Origin: Pocillopora damicornis
Taxonomy: Eukaryota
Reading direction: 5' to 3'
DNA length: 64,000 nt
Assembly: GCF_003704095.1 (NCBI RefSeq)
Contig: NW_020844538.1
Span: 62,001-126,000 of the forward strand
The notes under the pieces were generated by a model. It made no database searches and had not been told where the DNA came from. It worked only from the letters and a program-made list of their open reading frames with translations. The stretch's first letter is position 1, and every line of letters begins with the position of its first letter. The position numbers and the translations under genes are program-made. Positions 13,001-24,552 of the stretch are shown here, piece by piece.

Positions 13001-15124
13001 ATATCCAAGAATATACAATTGCAAGTTTGTAACATCAGTGAATTGGCCCTCAGTACTGCAAGCTAGATATAACTTAAAAACACTTCTCATAAAGAATTAA
13101 GATCAATAATTACCTTAAGCCCACATTGTTGACCTCATCCCACATCTCCACTGACTAGATAGAGGACAAAGATAGGGGGTCAATCATTTTTTTTTTTAAA
13201 GACTGCATCCTATACATTGTTAGGTTTTGTTAACTATGCCTGTAAATAAAATGAAAACTAGCTAAGAGTCTGAACCAAACTTGCAAAAGCTGTTTCATAA
13301 GACAGTCTTCATCAGGAGAAGTATTATTTTGACTGACCTGTTCATAAAATGGTTTCCCAGCACTCTCCAATATTGCCTAAAGGTGAAGGACAGCAAGTTA
13401 GTAAATTATAAGTGCACTGTGATACAGTTCCTTTAAAAGTACTCCCAGCCTTAAATAGTAATGCAAGGCCACAAAACAAGGGAGGTGTGAGACAGGTCCT
13501 GTTCCCTATTTTAATCTGCTATATCCAAAAATGCATTGCACATGCTCATGAATACAGGTGAAGTATGGATAGTGGCTTTTATTAATCTATCTAGATTATC
13601 ACAAATACAGTACACTAACTTCAAATAGTGATGTGCACAAAATTCTCTGATCCTTCACCTAGTAAGTATGGACACTGATATGTTCTGTTTATAAAGTGGA
13701 TGACAGCTGTTATGCACTTATATATCACAGATAAACATCACCTTAACTCCTTTGTAAGCATTGTTCACAAGAACATCCAGTCGTCCATTTTGTTCTTGAC
13801 TGACTTTTTCAAACAATTTTTTTACTTCCTCATCATTTCCATGGTCACACTTTACAGGAATACATTGACCAGCACTCTCCTGACCAATCTGTAGTAAATT
13901 TACAAAATTCATTCTGTATTAACCCTTTACACCTTAAGACCAGTTTCCATATTCTCCAAACTCCACTCAGTCAATTTTCTTTGTTACTGACAAAGAGAAT
14001 TCATTTGACAATCAAAGCTACTAAAGTCCATGATAATTCTCTTTATTCTCATGACTTTAATGAATGATTTAGCAGAATTATGGTAAGGAGAAATTAGATG
14101 CTGGTCACTCTTATGCATGTATGTTGATGATGACAACCTAATAACTTAACAGGCATAGGGATGCTTTTCTTCTTGTTGCAGGGGCCTACTTCCCCATTCC
14201 TTCCTCTGTGCATTTATTATTATACTTGCAGCTCATATTTTACTTGCTCTCCACACAATGATTAGAGAAAAAAAATGACTATTTTTAACGTATACATGCC
14301 TTCATTACACAATCTAGTATCTCCAGGTGTAAGTTAGAAAGAATAAGTATGACAATTTTTTTGTGAGAAAAGATATATGAAGATATAAAAGCAAATACCA
14401 GAAGGGAGCCCTTTTCCTCTAGTTGGAAGATACTGTGAGAGTAAAGTGTCTTGCTAAAAACAAGGCTTGCAGCTGGACCTCTCAATCCCACCTCCTGTCC
14501 TAAGTACGCCCATTCGATCAACATACTGCTGTCACTTAATGGTGATTTGCAGCTTAATAAAGTATACAAGATTTCACAACCTACTGTAACCAATGCGACT
14601 AGAACTTTACACTGAAATGAAATTCAAGCCACTGTCTCTTTTTTGCAAATACCTCTTCAGCTGTTTCCCTCAATGACCCTTGCTTGCCTTGTGCAGCATC
14701 AAGAGTCCTGCCTGCAAATTCAAGTAAGGATGAGTGTCTAAAATGTACTGTCTGTCCAACCCTTTCCTTCAGACAGAATACAAAATTGTTTAACAGACTC
14801 CAAAAATTTGCCGCAGTAGTTATTTATCCAAGCTAGTCATGGGAAGTGATGTCAGTAATTATCTTTGACAGTCCATGTATAAACTGTCAAACAGTCTCCT
14901 TCCTTCATCTCTTTTATGTTCCACTTGTAGAGGAGGTAAAATTAAGAGAGAATCAATCTTGAGTATACCTTTTCTAACTGAAAATTCTATTTTTGTTACT
15001 TGCCTGTGATATAAACAGTAGCTCCTGCCTTGGCCAACATCAAAGCAATACCTTTGCCAATTCCCCTGGAAGCTCCTGTCACAATGCATACTTTTCCTGC
15101 TAAAGAAGGCAGCTCGGACGCCAT
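9656..15124 (-). CDS. DHRS1: Short-chain dehydrogenase/reductase DHRS1; coding exons 15124-15004, 14711-14653, 13888-13742, 13376-13338, 13154-13114, 12332-12200, 11922-11788, 11317-11239, 10768-10688, 9786-9656
   Basis: [10 protein letters not shown] Rossmann motif, [32 protein letters not shown] (catalytic YxxxK), [11 protein letters not shown], and a DHRS1-type hydrophobic C-terminal tail. Phases are consistent. A non-coding first exon ends at 16064 (CAG|GTAAGG). Confidence 0.92.
9997..10059. repeat. (ATG)21 microsatellite in the last DHRS1 intron
   Basis: Perfect ATG run. Confidence 0.97.
10327..10538. mobile_element. TTAA MITE
   Basis: TTAACCCTTTGACTCCC ... GGGTGCTGAAGGGTTAA. Confidence 0.75.
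10905..11110 (-). mobile_element. Degenerate tRNA-derived SINE-like repeat
   Basis: Minus strand reads CAGTGGTTGAGTATCGGAGCACGGAATT (A-box-like), then a decayed GTTCG B-box and a T-run. Confidence 0.4.
13919..14112. mobile_element. TTAA MITE, right end truncated
   Basis: TTAACCCTTTACACC start; internal GTAAGGAGAAATTAGATGCTGGTCACTCTT is related to 20261-20472. Confidence 0.65.
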
Positions 15125-16063
15125 CCTGTCTTGAACTAAAGATAGGAAAATTTGTAATAGGGTGTCAGCATTTACTCAAGGTTACTTTTGTTTTGCTTTT
15201 CCCCGCTTTCCTCTCCCTTTGGTCTTGAAATCTTATGCCACCTCAACCAGACAGTTGCAAACCTTACACCTACTGGACCTTGCCAAAATGAATACATTAA
15301 TTTTGAGTGCATGACAATAAAATGAACACTCTACTCAACAAATCACCCTTGACCTCACATTTTCTCTAATTATTTCATTCTATTCATGATCATGAAGCAA
15401 CATTGCACAGAATCACCAATATATTAGGCTAGCTGTGGGCAGTCTCTTGAAAGATGTCAACCTATAGGGGATATACATTATGAGACCTCAAGTTGTTCCA
15501 TGTACTCTTCATCCAAGTAGTCAAAGCACTACTGAACAAAAGATCACATAGCTTAAAGAATCTGAACATGGCCAACAAGGTGCAACGCAGTGTTAAAAAA
15601 ATTCACTTCAGTTAAATGTAGTTTATTCAATGTATAGCGAGCATGCGGAGGGTAAAAGTAGAAGACTTCGATATTATCACTCTAACAGTCACATCACTTG
15701 CTAATTTTCGAGTAGATGATTCATTCTCAAAGGCTGTAAATTTGTCTTACGTAACAGTGCCTGGCATCTTATTATCAGAGAAAGTCACGCAAACAAGATT
15801 AGGCTATCAGAATATCATGTACGGGCTTTGCAGCGCCTTTTTCTTTAATTGAGTGCATAGTGGCCAATGCAAACGAACACGAAGGTACGGCAATGTTTAC
15901 ACAAAGCAAATCATTTAAATCCTCTTTAGACAACATCTTGAGCAGATTTCAACACATTTGGCTGTGAGAAATTGAGTTCTGAGCTGCAACGCTTCTTCAA
16001 ATCTTTAGAATAGGTAGAGATCAGCAAAATTATAAGAATAGGGAACACATATTTACGCCTTAC

Positions 16064-16422
16064 CTGAAGTTTTTTTCACTCAAAGATCGAAAAAGAGTTC
16101 GAAGCACTGTAGTCACGAGCCTGCGAAATAAGATCACCGAATGGATGTTTGTTTTTTTGGAGTATAGTCGGGTAAAAGTAAGTCATTTCCGTAGCTACGA
16201 CTTTCGTCCGTCTACCTTCGACTCAACGTCTTGTGCAAAGGTGCGACTTGATTGGTGGAAAACAGTCGGAAATTTCCGGTAGTTCGATTTTAATTCCCTT
16301 CAGAGTAGGGGTAGGTGAACTTTCCTCAAATAAAATTGGTACATTAGCTTACAGCATATCGTCTTGGAATGTCACGGCGGGTCTCTGTAAGTAGATTTTC
16401 TGGAACCTTGAGGTCTCTGAGA
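16064..16422. promoter_or_regulatory. Bidirectional promoter / 5'-UTR region between DHRS1 and DHRS4
   Basis: DHRS1 5'-UTR donor at 16063 and DHRS4 ATG at 16423 are ~360 bp apart; CpG-richer than the flanks; ATTGG (CCAAT) near 16251 and TTCCGGT (ETS-like) near 16274. Confidence 0.6.
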
Positions 16423-19400
16423 ATGAGCACAACTGCAGCCTCGAGTCGCAGCTTAGAAGGAAAAGTCGCTGTTGTAACGGCATCAACAGAGGGGTTGGTT
16501 GATACAAGTGTTCATGCTACATGAATGGGAGCGAAATGGTCTGAAGGCAATTTCAACGTAATTTACAAATGATTTCGAGTCAACTTTAGTTCTTGTGTGT
16601 TTGAATTAAGCATGACGATTCGATGTTATCCGACTTTTCCTGGTCTAGGTAGAAAACAGTGTAGCACAGAAAGAGTTGTTCCCAGCTAGCTTGGATTCAC
16701 TCTATTTTAGAGCTCTTAGTAGGTGGCGAGGGGAGGGAGGTGGGTTGGGTGCTGGTGCTGGTGCAGAGAGGGTCCATGATGTAAAGTTATACTCATTATT
16801 AACACTGATCTCTGCTCAAACTTTTGACACATCAAGTAGTAGGCTTGGATTGTTAGTCCACTCTTTTTAACATCATGTTCCCAAATACAAAAGTGTTTCC
16901 TTTACCATATAGGAGATCTATATCAGATCTTGATGTTTCTGAAGTAACTACTTTTTCTTCTTTTGGAGATCCGTCCACTGAAATTTTAATACTTTCTACC
17001 AGAGTCTTGAATATTACTCTTAATGTCAGGATAGGTCACAAGTCAAAAATATTCCTATAAAGAGATGTTAAACAAAAACATTAATTGCTGAACGTTTTTA
17101 AATAGTGAATTACATATTTTCATTACAAATCAGCACAAGTCACTTGTTGTTTGATTTTTGCTTAGTAATGTGAATAATTACCAAGTATTTTCTTAGGATT
17201 GGGTTTGCCATTGCTAAACAACTTGCTCACGATGGTGCAAAGGTTATGATCAGTAGTCGCAAACAAGACAAAGTTATTGATGCTGTCTCTAAGTTGGAGA
17301 AAGAACAAGGTTGTACAGTGAAGGGAGTTGTGTGCCATGTTGGGAAAACTGAACATCGTAGGAATCTTATCAAAGAGGTACTATTCAAAGTGCTAACTTC
17401 TGATAATGTATGCGGAGAAAACATAGTATTTATAATGAATGATATTTGATAATGATATTACTATGTTTGCAACAAACATTTCTCTCTACAGACATTGGAT
17501 ACTTTTGGAGGCATTGACATCTTGGTTTCAAATGCTGCTGCTAACCCCACATTCGGACCAATCCTGGAGGTAATACTTGACTTAACCATCATTCTAATGT
17601 GAGCATGAAAAGGATTGTTATGATGATAATGATGATGATGACAATGAGAGTAATGGTGATGGGAGCATTTTGATTGCTGTGAAAACCACAGTCATGATGA
17701 TGATAGTAATGTTAAGATGGAAAAAGGGCTAAGATTAAAAGGTTTGAAGCTATACTGCTACCAGTTTCATTTTTTTGCTTGAAAAACAATTGTACTTGTT
17801 TTGTGGTTATATTCATTTTGTAATAGAACACTTTTCTATCAATATAGAAAGTACTATCAGTGACAGGGATCCTTTGGTTTTGTCTTATCTTAATCTGTGA
17901 TTGTATCAGAAAACTAGTAATACTATCTCAACCAGTCAGACTTAAAACTGAAATCAATTGTGACTTAAAAGATCAATCACATTTTCTTATGTTCCATGTG
18001 TTTTTTTGCTTTAATTTTCTTGGATCATGTTCTCATGGGGTTTTTGTGATTTTAATCTTTTTTCATGATTGCATGGCCATTATAAGTGACTTCTTTTGAT
18101 TTTACAAAACCTAATCCTATTGTGCTCTAAAATGAGAGGAACAGCAGGCTTCAAGGAAAAACTATATGTTACAGAATGATAAAAATTGATCATGTTATGA
18201 AGTATGGTCTATACCTATGATATATTTTATTTCAGACACCAGAGGAATCATGGGAAAAGGTATTATCATTTTTGTGAAGATTACATATTGATATATTTTT
18301 TTGGCATACAATGTGCATTAGTTTGTTAATGACATGTTTAAATCAGCTCTTGCCTGCAAGTAGGAATAGAGGGGGCAGAGGAACTAAAAGGGAAAGAGAA
18401 GACAAATGCACTGCTACCTAAATATGTATGGTTGTCAGTAGTTAATATAACAAAGCAATTCAAAGAAGGTGACTCTATGATTGCTTGAAGGTGACATAAA
18501 AATTTTCTTTGAAAAGTAATCTCAAATGAGCCACATGGTTTGAAAATTTTTACAATTATCTGGGGAGGAATATCTGTGGAACCTCTCAAGTCCACAACAA
18601 TTTCATCTTCAATTGGCTCCCTCTGCACACTGCGACGTTCCTTCATTGGAGCCTAACCTTTTACTGTATTATGATAATTAACCAATGAAGGTCAATTTTA
18701 GAGCACTGCTTAGTTAAAAGTGTAACAGACTTTAAAGTCAACTTAAATTGTAAAAACTGACAAAGTATAAATTTCCTGGTCTTTCTGTTCATTTTGTTTT
18801 TTTTGGTCTTTTGTTAATACAGATTTTTGATATCAATGTGAAGTCAGCTTTTCTTCTGGCAAAAGATGTTGTTCCATTTATGAAAAAGAGAGGGTTTGTA
18901 TACTGAGTCCCAATTTGAGATATTGGTATTGGTGGTACCGTAGTTTAGTTAACTCTTTAACCTCTAAGAGTGACTAGCATCTAATTTCCCCTTACAATAT
19001 CACCACTGAATCACAGATTAACGTCATGAGAATAAAGGAAAAGATCACCAATGAAAGAACTCTTGATTGTTAGACAAATTCTCCTTGTCAGCACCTTAGT
19101 AAATATACAGAGAACAGTATGGAGAATATGAATGTTAGGGTTGTTAAGGGTTAATCTTAACTGACTTGTTCCAGTTATCAATAATGAAGATAATTTGAGA
19201 TGCAGTTTATCTAAAGACGAAATTTTGTTGCTTGTTTATTTCAGAGGTGGATCTATAGTGTTTGTTTCATCCATTGCTGGGCTCCAGCCATCCCTGCAGG
19301 TAGATATAACCCTTTTCAAACTTAATTGCCCTACAAGACAATACTTGGTGTGAAAAATATGCTATTCTTATAAGTTTGTTTTAATTTATTCAAACATTGA

Positions 19401-20844
19401 TTAATTTGAGACCCAATCTTCAGTTTTAGTTTTGAGCGGCTTTGAAATACTTTGTTTTTCAAATAGTGTGAAAAGTGTGACTTACTGGTAGTCATACTTA
19501 AATCAAACCCCCAAAAAATTACTTTTAAAGTAACTTTTAAAAAGTTACTTTAAAAAGTTACTTTAAAATTACTTTAGTCAACCTTAAGATGGAAAAATAG
19601 GTAGTTATTTATGACTGAAAAGCATTTTTGATTATTCAGTATCTTAATGCCATATTGGTTTCAGGGTCTTGGTGCTTATAGCGTTAGCAAGACAGCTCTG
19701 CTTGGTTTGACCAAGGTTCTAGCCAATGAATGTGCTCACATGGGAGTGAGGGTGAATTGTGTTGCACCTGGGATCATCAAGACAAAGTTTAGTGGAGCAG
19801 TGAGTATTCAAATGTCAGAGCAATCTACTTTAGTTACATTTGCCCTTTTATTGCAAATAACCATGAGACAAAAATAAAAATGAAATTCATCCAGACGATG
19901 TGACATCTATGAGCCAGAAGAGGATTGTTTTCTGAAATGTAGCGGAAAAGCTGGACATGATAATGTTTGTACTGGTACGTGGGATTGAGACAAAAGAAAA
20001 AGAAAACGAGAAGGGCTGGATAAAAAAATGAACAAAGAAATAAATAAATGCATGATCACTATCATCTGACTTCCTTCCTAGGTGGTTTAAAACTTGACTT
20101 GTATAAGGTAAATAAAAATAGACATTGGGGTGTTATTTTTTGTAGCTTTGGCAAAGTGAGTCCTTAACTGAAGCCGCACTTGCTCAAATTCCCTTGAGGA
20201 GGTAGGAGTTGTGATTTACTGGAAAGAATTACTCAATCTTTTTCTCCCAGGATCTCTTTATTAACCCTTTACACTCTAACATCAGTATACACATTCTCCA
20301 TACTGTTCCCTATGTATTTCCCAAGGCACTGTCAAGGAGAATTTGTCCAACAATCAAGAGCTTCTTTAGTTGCTGATCATTTGCTTTATTCTCATGACCA
20401 TCATGAGCAATTCAGTGGTGATATTGTAAGGAGAAATGAGATACTAATCACTCTCAGGGGTCAAAGGGTTCATTCTCTCTTCTGTCTTTACATTTATTAT
20501 AATTGTAGCTCTGATAAATTGGTAAACAATATCCACATGTCAATGATACTCTATCTTCTCATCACCTTTCTGTTTGATATTGTGGTGATATCAGTGCTGG
20601 AGAAATTACTCATTGATCACTCTTAAGTGAGGGGATGTATACAGAATGATTATAATGTTGTAAACAACAATTTTCAAAATTGATCCAGTTCTGTAAGTGA
20701 GATATGTTGTGTCTGTTTGTTGCTTTCAGGCTTGGTGAGTCAGAGGATATAGGAGGTGCAGTATCTTTTCTATCCTCTGATCAAGCATCGTATATCACTG
20801 GAGAAACTTTAGTTATTGCTGGTGGAATGCATTCAAGACTGTGA
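16423..20844 (+). CDS. DHRS4: Peroxisomal SDR DHRS4; exons 16423-16493, 17197-17377, 17492-17569, 18236-18259, 18823-18893, 19245-19299, 19665-19799, 20146-20201, 20730-20844
   Basis: [59 protein letters not shown] (YxxxK), [22 protein letters not shown], and C-terminal PTS1 -SRL*. Confidence 0.93.
18949..19154. mobile_element. TTAA MITE
   Basis: TTAACTCTTTAACC ... TTAAGGGTTAA. Confidence 0.72.
20261..20472. mobile_element. TTAA MITE (opposite orientation to 18949-19154)
   Basis: TTAACCCTTTACAC ... GGGGTCAAAGGGTTCA. Confidence 0.72.
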
Positions 20845-21265
20845 TTTTAATTTAGATTAAAAAAGGACTAAATTAATAATTACTGTTAGTGATCTCATTG
20901 AAGAGACCTTTGGTAGAATATTTTACCTCACAAGAGAAAGCTTTGAAGGTGATTTTGTGAAAACTTTGGATGTGATGTATGAAGGAAGCACAGTTAAATA
21001 AATGTAAAAAAGGAGAAAACTAATGAAATGAACTTGAGTCACAGCAGACAAGATTTATGTCTTTGACACTGGCTTGTGATGACGTTTATTATTCATTTGG
21101 TCACTTCTGGTGGTGAAAGGGTTACGCTAAGAATCCTACAGTTTTCATACTGGTGTCACTTTCAGTTCCAACAAAAAGAGCCATATAGTAATGAGATGTA
21201 CTTTGACCAAAGTTTTGTATTTTTTCCGAACTTTGGTAATGAACCTGAAACTGTAGAAGCATAGT

Positions 21266-21952
21266 TCACCCCACCATTGTCCTCTTTCGTCCACGCAACC
21301 TCACTTCATCCAGTTTCTTTATTATCTCTCCAGCCTTGTTTGCTTTCCCCTTGTAACTTTCCAAAACAATCTTGAACAGCTGCTCAGTGTTTGGATGAGT
21401 GCTGAGGAAAGCCCTCTCCAAAACGTAAAGATCAACGCCTTTGTCTTCTGTCAGTGATGATATAAAGCTCAGTCCGAAGTCAATCAGAATGATATTTTCA
21501 AACCCAGACTTTATCAAGACGTTTGAAGTGGTCAAATCTCCATGAATACAGTCCACGTTGTGCATTACCGCCAATGTAGAACCAATTTTTTCCGCAAGAC
21601 TTTGTAAACTTTGCTCAGATGCATCAGAAGGGCCATCCAGAAGCTCATTGATGTGATCTCTGGCTGTCACGCAATTTTCGATTTCTTCCATGTAGATACA
21701 ATGAGTAGTGTAATCAACATAATAAACGGCTGGAGTGCAGATTCCTGCTTTCCTACAACGAAGCATTGATCGTACTTCTTGCGTAGTCCTTCGATGGGTG
21801 AGCTTTTCGTCTAGAGAGGGGTGCCTGTAACATTTTGAAAATCTTTCCTTCACTATAGTCTTCTTGGTGTAAAACTTCGTTCTGTAGACACGTGCCTCTG
21901 CGCCTTGCTTCAACAAGCCCCAACCTTCCATTGGAGACGCCATTTTGGACAT
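21266..21952 (-). CDS. TP53RK: EKC/KEOPS complex kinase TP53RK (Bud32/PRPK), intronless CDS, 228 aa (second Met at 21943 is an alternative start)
   Basis: QGAEARVY, KERFSKCYRHPSLD, HGDLTTSN, IDFGLS, EDKGVDLYVLERAFLSTHP, C-terminal RLRGRKRTMVG. Confidence 0.97.
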   Translation of the reverse strand: MSKMASPMEGWGLLKQGAEARVYRTKFYTKKTIVKERFSKCYRHPSLDEKLTHRRTTQEVRSMLRCRKAGICTPAVYYVDYTTHCIYMEEIENCVTARDHINELLDGPSDASEQSLQSLAEKIGSTLAVMHNVDCIHGDLTTSNVLIKSGFENIILIDFGLSFISSLTEDKGVDLYVLERAFLSTHPNTEQLFKIVLESYKGKANKAGEIIKKLDEVRLRGRKRTMVG

Positions 21953-22148
21953 GGTTCACGAGCCTTCGTGCGGTCAGCGTGAGCCTGTGAAGTTCATGCA
22001 CAGTTAACTGTATTCGCCGCCATCTTCGCAACATAGAACCACGGTATTTTCGTTGTAAGTTTAGCTTAATCTCGTCTTATTTTGCCATCGTTTACAGTAT
22101 ACATCATTTCAACTTTGCTTTATCTTCGAAATCCCACAGCACTCCAAG
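21953..22148. promoter_or_regulatory. ~200-bp bidirectional promoter between TP53RK and the microprotein gene
   Basis: Divergent ATGs at 21952 and 22149; YY1-type GCCGCCATCTT at ~22016-22026. Confidence 0.6.
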
Positions 22149-24268
22149 ATGGGTATACTGCTAAGGATGAGGAATCACTTTCAACAAAACAGTCATATAA
22201 TTTACCGAGTGGTTTACGATTTGCGATTCCTGATTGCCGGTTTTCTGGTCACTGGCTACGGAGTTGGAAAGATTGTTTCTGCTTCACAAAAAAGTAAGTT
22301 TATATCTTATTGAAGGGTGTATTTTGATCTTTGAATATTTGACAAGGCATTGATTAGATCTTGTACCGGTTTGAAGGCTGCCTAGACGGGTAGGCAAACT
22401 CGTCGAAAATATAGGACTGTGTGAACAGATCTAATGTGTTGCCATCACATGAATGTTAGAGGAAGAATTTTCGCTTTTTCCCAAAATTATATTCTTTTGG
22501 TTCCGATTTGTTTCGCAGCAGACTCTTCGGGAAAAACACCACAAGAAACGCGGGAATGATATTAATTGGAGCAAGGTTCTTCTCCCGTATAGTCTGCTGG
22601 AAAGCAAATCATAGTATTGCGCTGGAATGAAAAAAGAAATTAATTGGAGCAAGGTTCTTCTCCCGTATAGTCTGCTGGAAAGCAAATCCTAGTATTGCGC
22701 TGTGGATAGCTAGTCAAAGTTTGGTGAAGCACAAAACCAGGGGTAGTTGTTATAAGTCTAGAAGTGAAAAATTTTCTGCAGTTTAGTCTTATTTTAAGTT
22801 GCAAACGTTGTGTTGCTAGTTAAAAAACAAAACAAAACAATGATAGTGCTGTCAAACAGTTTGAAAGTAGGAGACAGGTGAGATATAGAGGTGGCCAGGT
22901 TATAGTGGAAACCATGTTGTTCTATTAGAAAAATTTTACCAAACCTGGGAAATGTTCACCTAAAATGTGCCAGGAATTCCATGAAGGTCATGTGAGTCTA
23001 TGGGTGCATTCTGAATGTGAAATCCAAAAGCATATCTATACCTGTTACTGACAAATTTTGCATTCATTTCTAATCCATAAATGGACAATGGCTGCTTTCC
23101 AAATATTTTTTGATGTCTCTTCAATAATTTTACAGTTTTTCATTAGCACTTATGGTTTAATGAGGTAAAAATAGAGGGCTTAGGATGGCAGGAAAGTGGT
23201 GATTTGGCCTGTTAACTGGCTCTTTTAAAGAGCTCTGAGCTATGCTATGATTATGGTAGTTTAAATAACTATTTGATATCTCTTCTCTTTTTCTCCAGAG
23301 GAAACTGGTAAAAAAGGAGGTAAGCATAGAAAACATTCTTTTCTTTCAGTACTGGTGTTATGAATGATATTCTATGAAAGATTTGAATCTTTTCAATGAA
23401 AGCTGTTTCAGAGCAAATTTTGGGTATTTAGTAGTGAAGTGCCTAAAAGTGTTAAGGGAGGCCTTGGTAACTGGGCTGGTAGGTCAGGGGGGTATAATGA
23501 TAAGTTTGGGTTAAAAAGTCCATTTTATTGCTTCAACGTAAAATGAGCAGTTACACATTCAAAATATGGTATAAAAAACTGACTATAACCCAAATGCACA
23601 CATCATTGTATAATCATTAGGATCATGCTCATTGTGACAAGTTCATTTGCATGTGCCTATGTTCTCTGCTTCCATACAGCCTGGTAATTTATGCCGGCAT
23701 ACTACTAACAGTATTTTGCCCTCTGTTCATGTGAAAAGAAAGTCAACCAGATAATATTTCCATTCAGCTGCTATTTGTATTAGTATTAAATTTCAGCTTG
23801 CCTCCTTTAGTTAACCTCCCTGTGATATTTATCAGTAGTTTCATCCTGGTGATTAAGAGAACTTGTTTATTGGAGATAATTTTGAGTTGTATAACTAAGA
23901 TCTTGGTCCCAAAAGTCAAAATATCAGCCACCCTGTCTATTGGGTATTGAAAGATTCCCAAAGATGACGGAGATAAAGTGAGATCTTAAATACTAAGTCA
24001 CTTGTGTGTATGTTGATAAAGGTCACCCATAGAGGCCCATGCTCTATTCATTTTATACTTTCAGCAAAACTAATTGATGAGGAAATTCTTCTTTCTCTGT
24101 AAATTAAATGACAAGAGGACAAATTAGGAGAAGAAAACTTCTCCATTTTTATGTCCTTTTAGTATTTGCAAGTAAATCAGCCAAGTTATGTTACATAGCC
24201 AATTTTTACACTGTCTAAGAGAGAGATTTAAAAAATATATACTCTTTTCATTAGGTGGTCACCACTGA
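22149..24268 (+). CDS. ATP5MJ: 59-aa single-TM microprotein, probable mitochondrial ATP synthase subunit j (6.8-kDa proteolipid / Atp18); exons 22149-22293, 23299-23319, 24255-24268
   Basis: Spliced product MGILLRMRNHFQQNSHIIYRVVYDLRFLIAGFLVTGYGVGKIVSASQKKETGKKGGGHH*. Strong sites (A|GTAAGT, TTCTCCAG, G|GTAAGC, TTTTCATTAG), both introns phase 1, AATAAA at 24312. Size, single TM and terminal GHH resemble vertebrate 6.8PL (recalled). Confidence 0.72.
22561..22702. repeat. Two-copy 64-bp direct repeat (period 78, 1 mismatch)
   Basis: ATTAATTGGAGCAAGGTTCTTCTCCCGTATAGTCTGCTGGAAAGCAAATC(A/C)TAGTATTGCGCTG at 22561 and 22639. Confidence 0.95.
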
Positions 24269-24524
24269 AGTTTGACAACAAAATACAAGGCTTCTTCAGC
24301 CTTTGTTTCTAAATAAAGGAGCTGGATGTAAGATTGGGAGACTCCTGAGGATGTTTTCTTGGAGACTACTTTTGCTTTGTATTTTGGACTGAATTGACTT
24401 TGTGGTTGAAATTAAAATGTGATCTTTGTTTAGAAGATAGTGTTTACCTCTGCTTCCTGCCTGCTGTGTACTTAACCTGTAACTCACACTGCACAGGCAT
24501 GTCCACTCATCCGAGATCTGAGAC

Positions 24525-24552
24525 GGGGGGGGGGGGGGGGGGGGGGGGGGGG
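24525..24552. repeat. G28 homopolymer
   Basis: Direct reading. Confidence 0.95.

Noticed and set aside
22561-22702. CRISPR-like repeat-spacer or intronic snoRNA
   Set aside because: Two long copies only, eukaryotic intron, no cas genes, no proper C/D or H/ACA boxes
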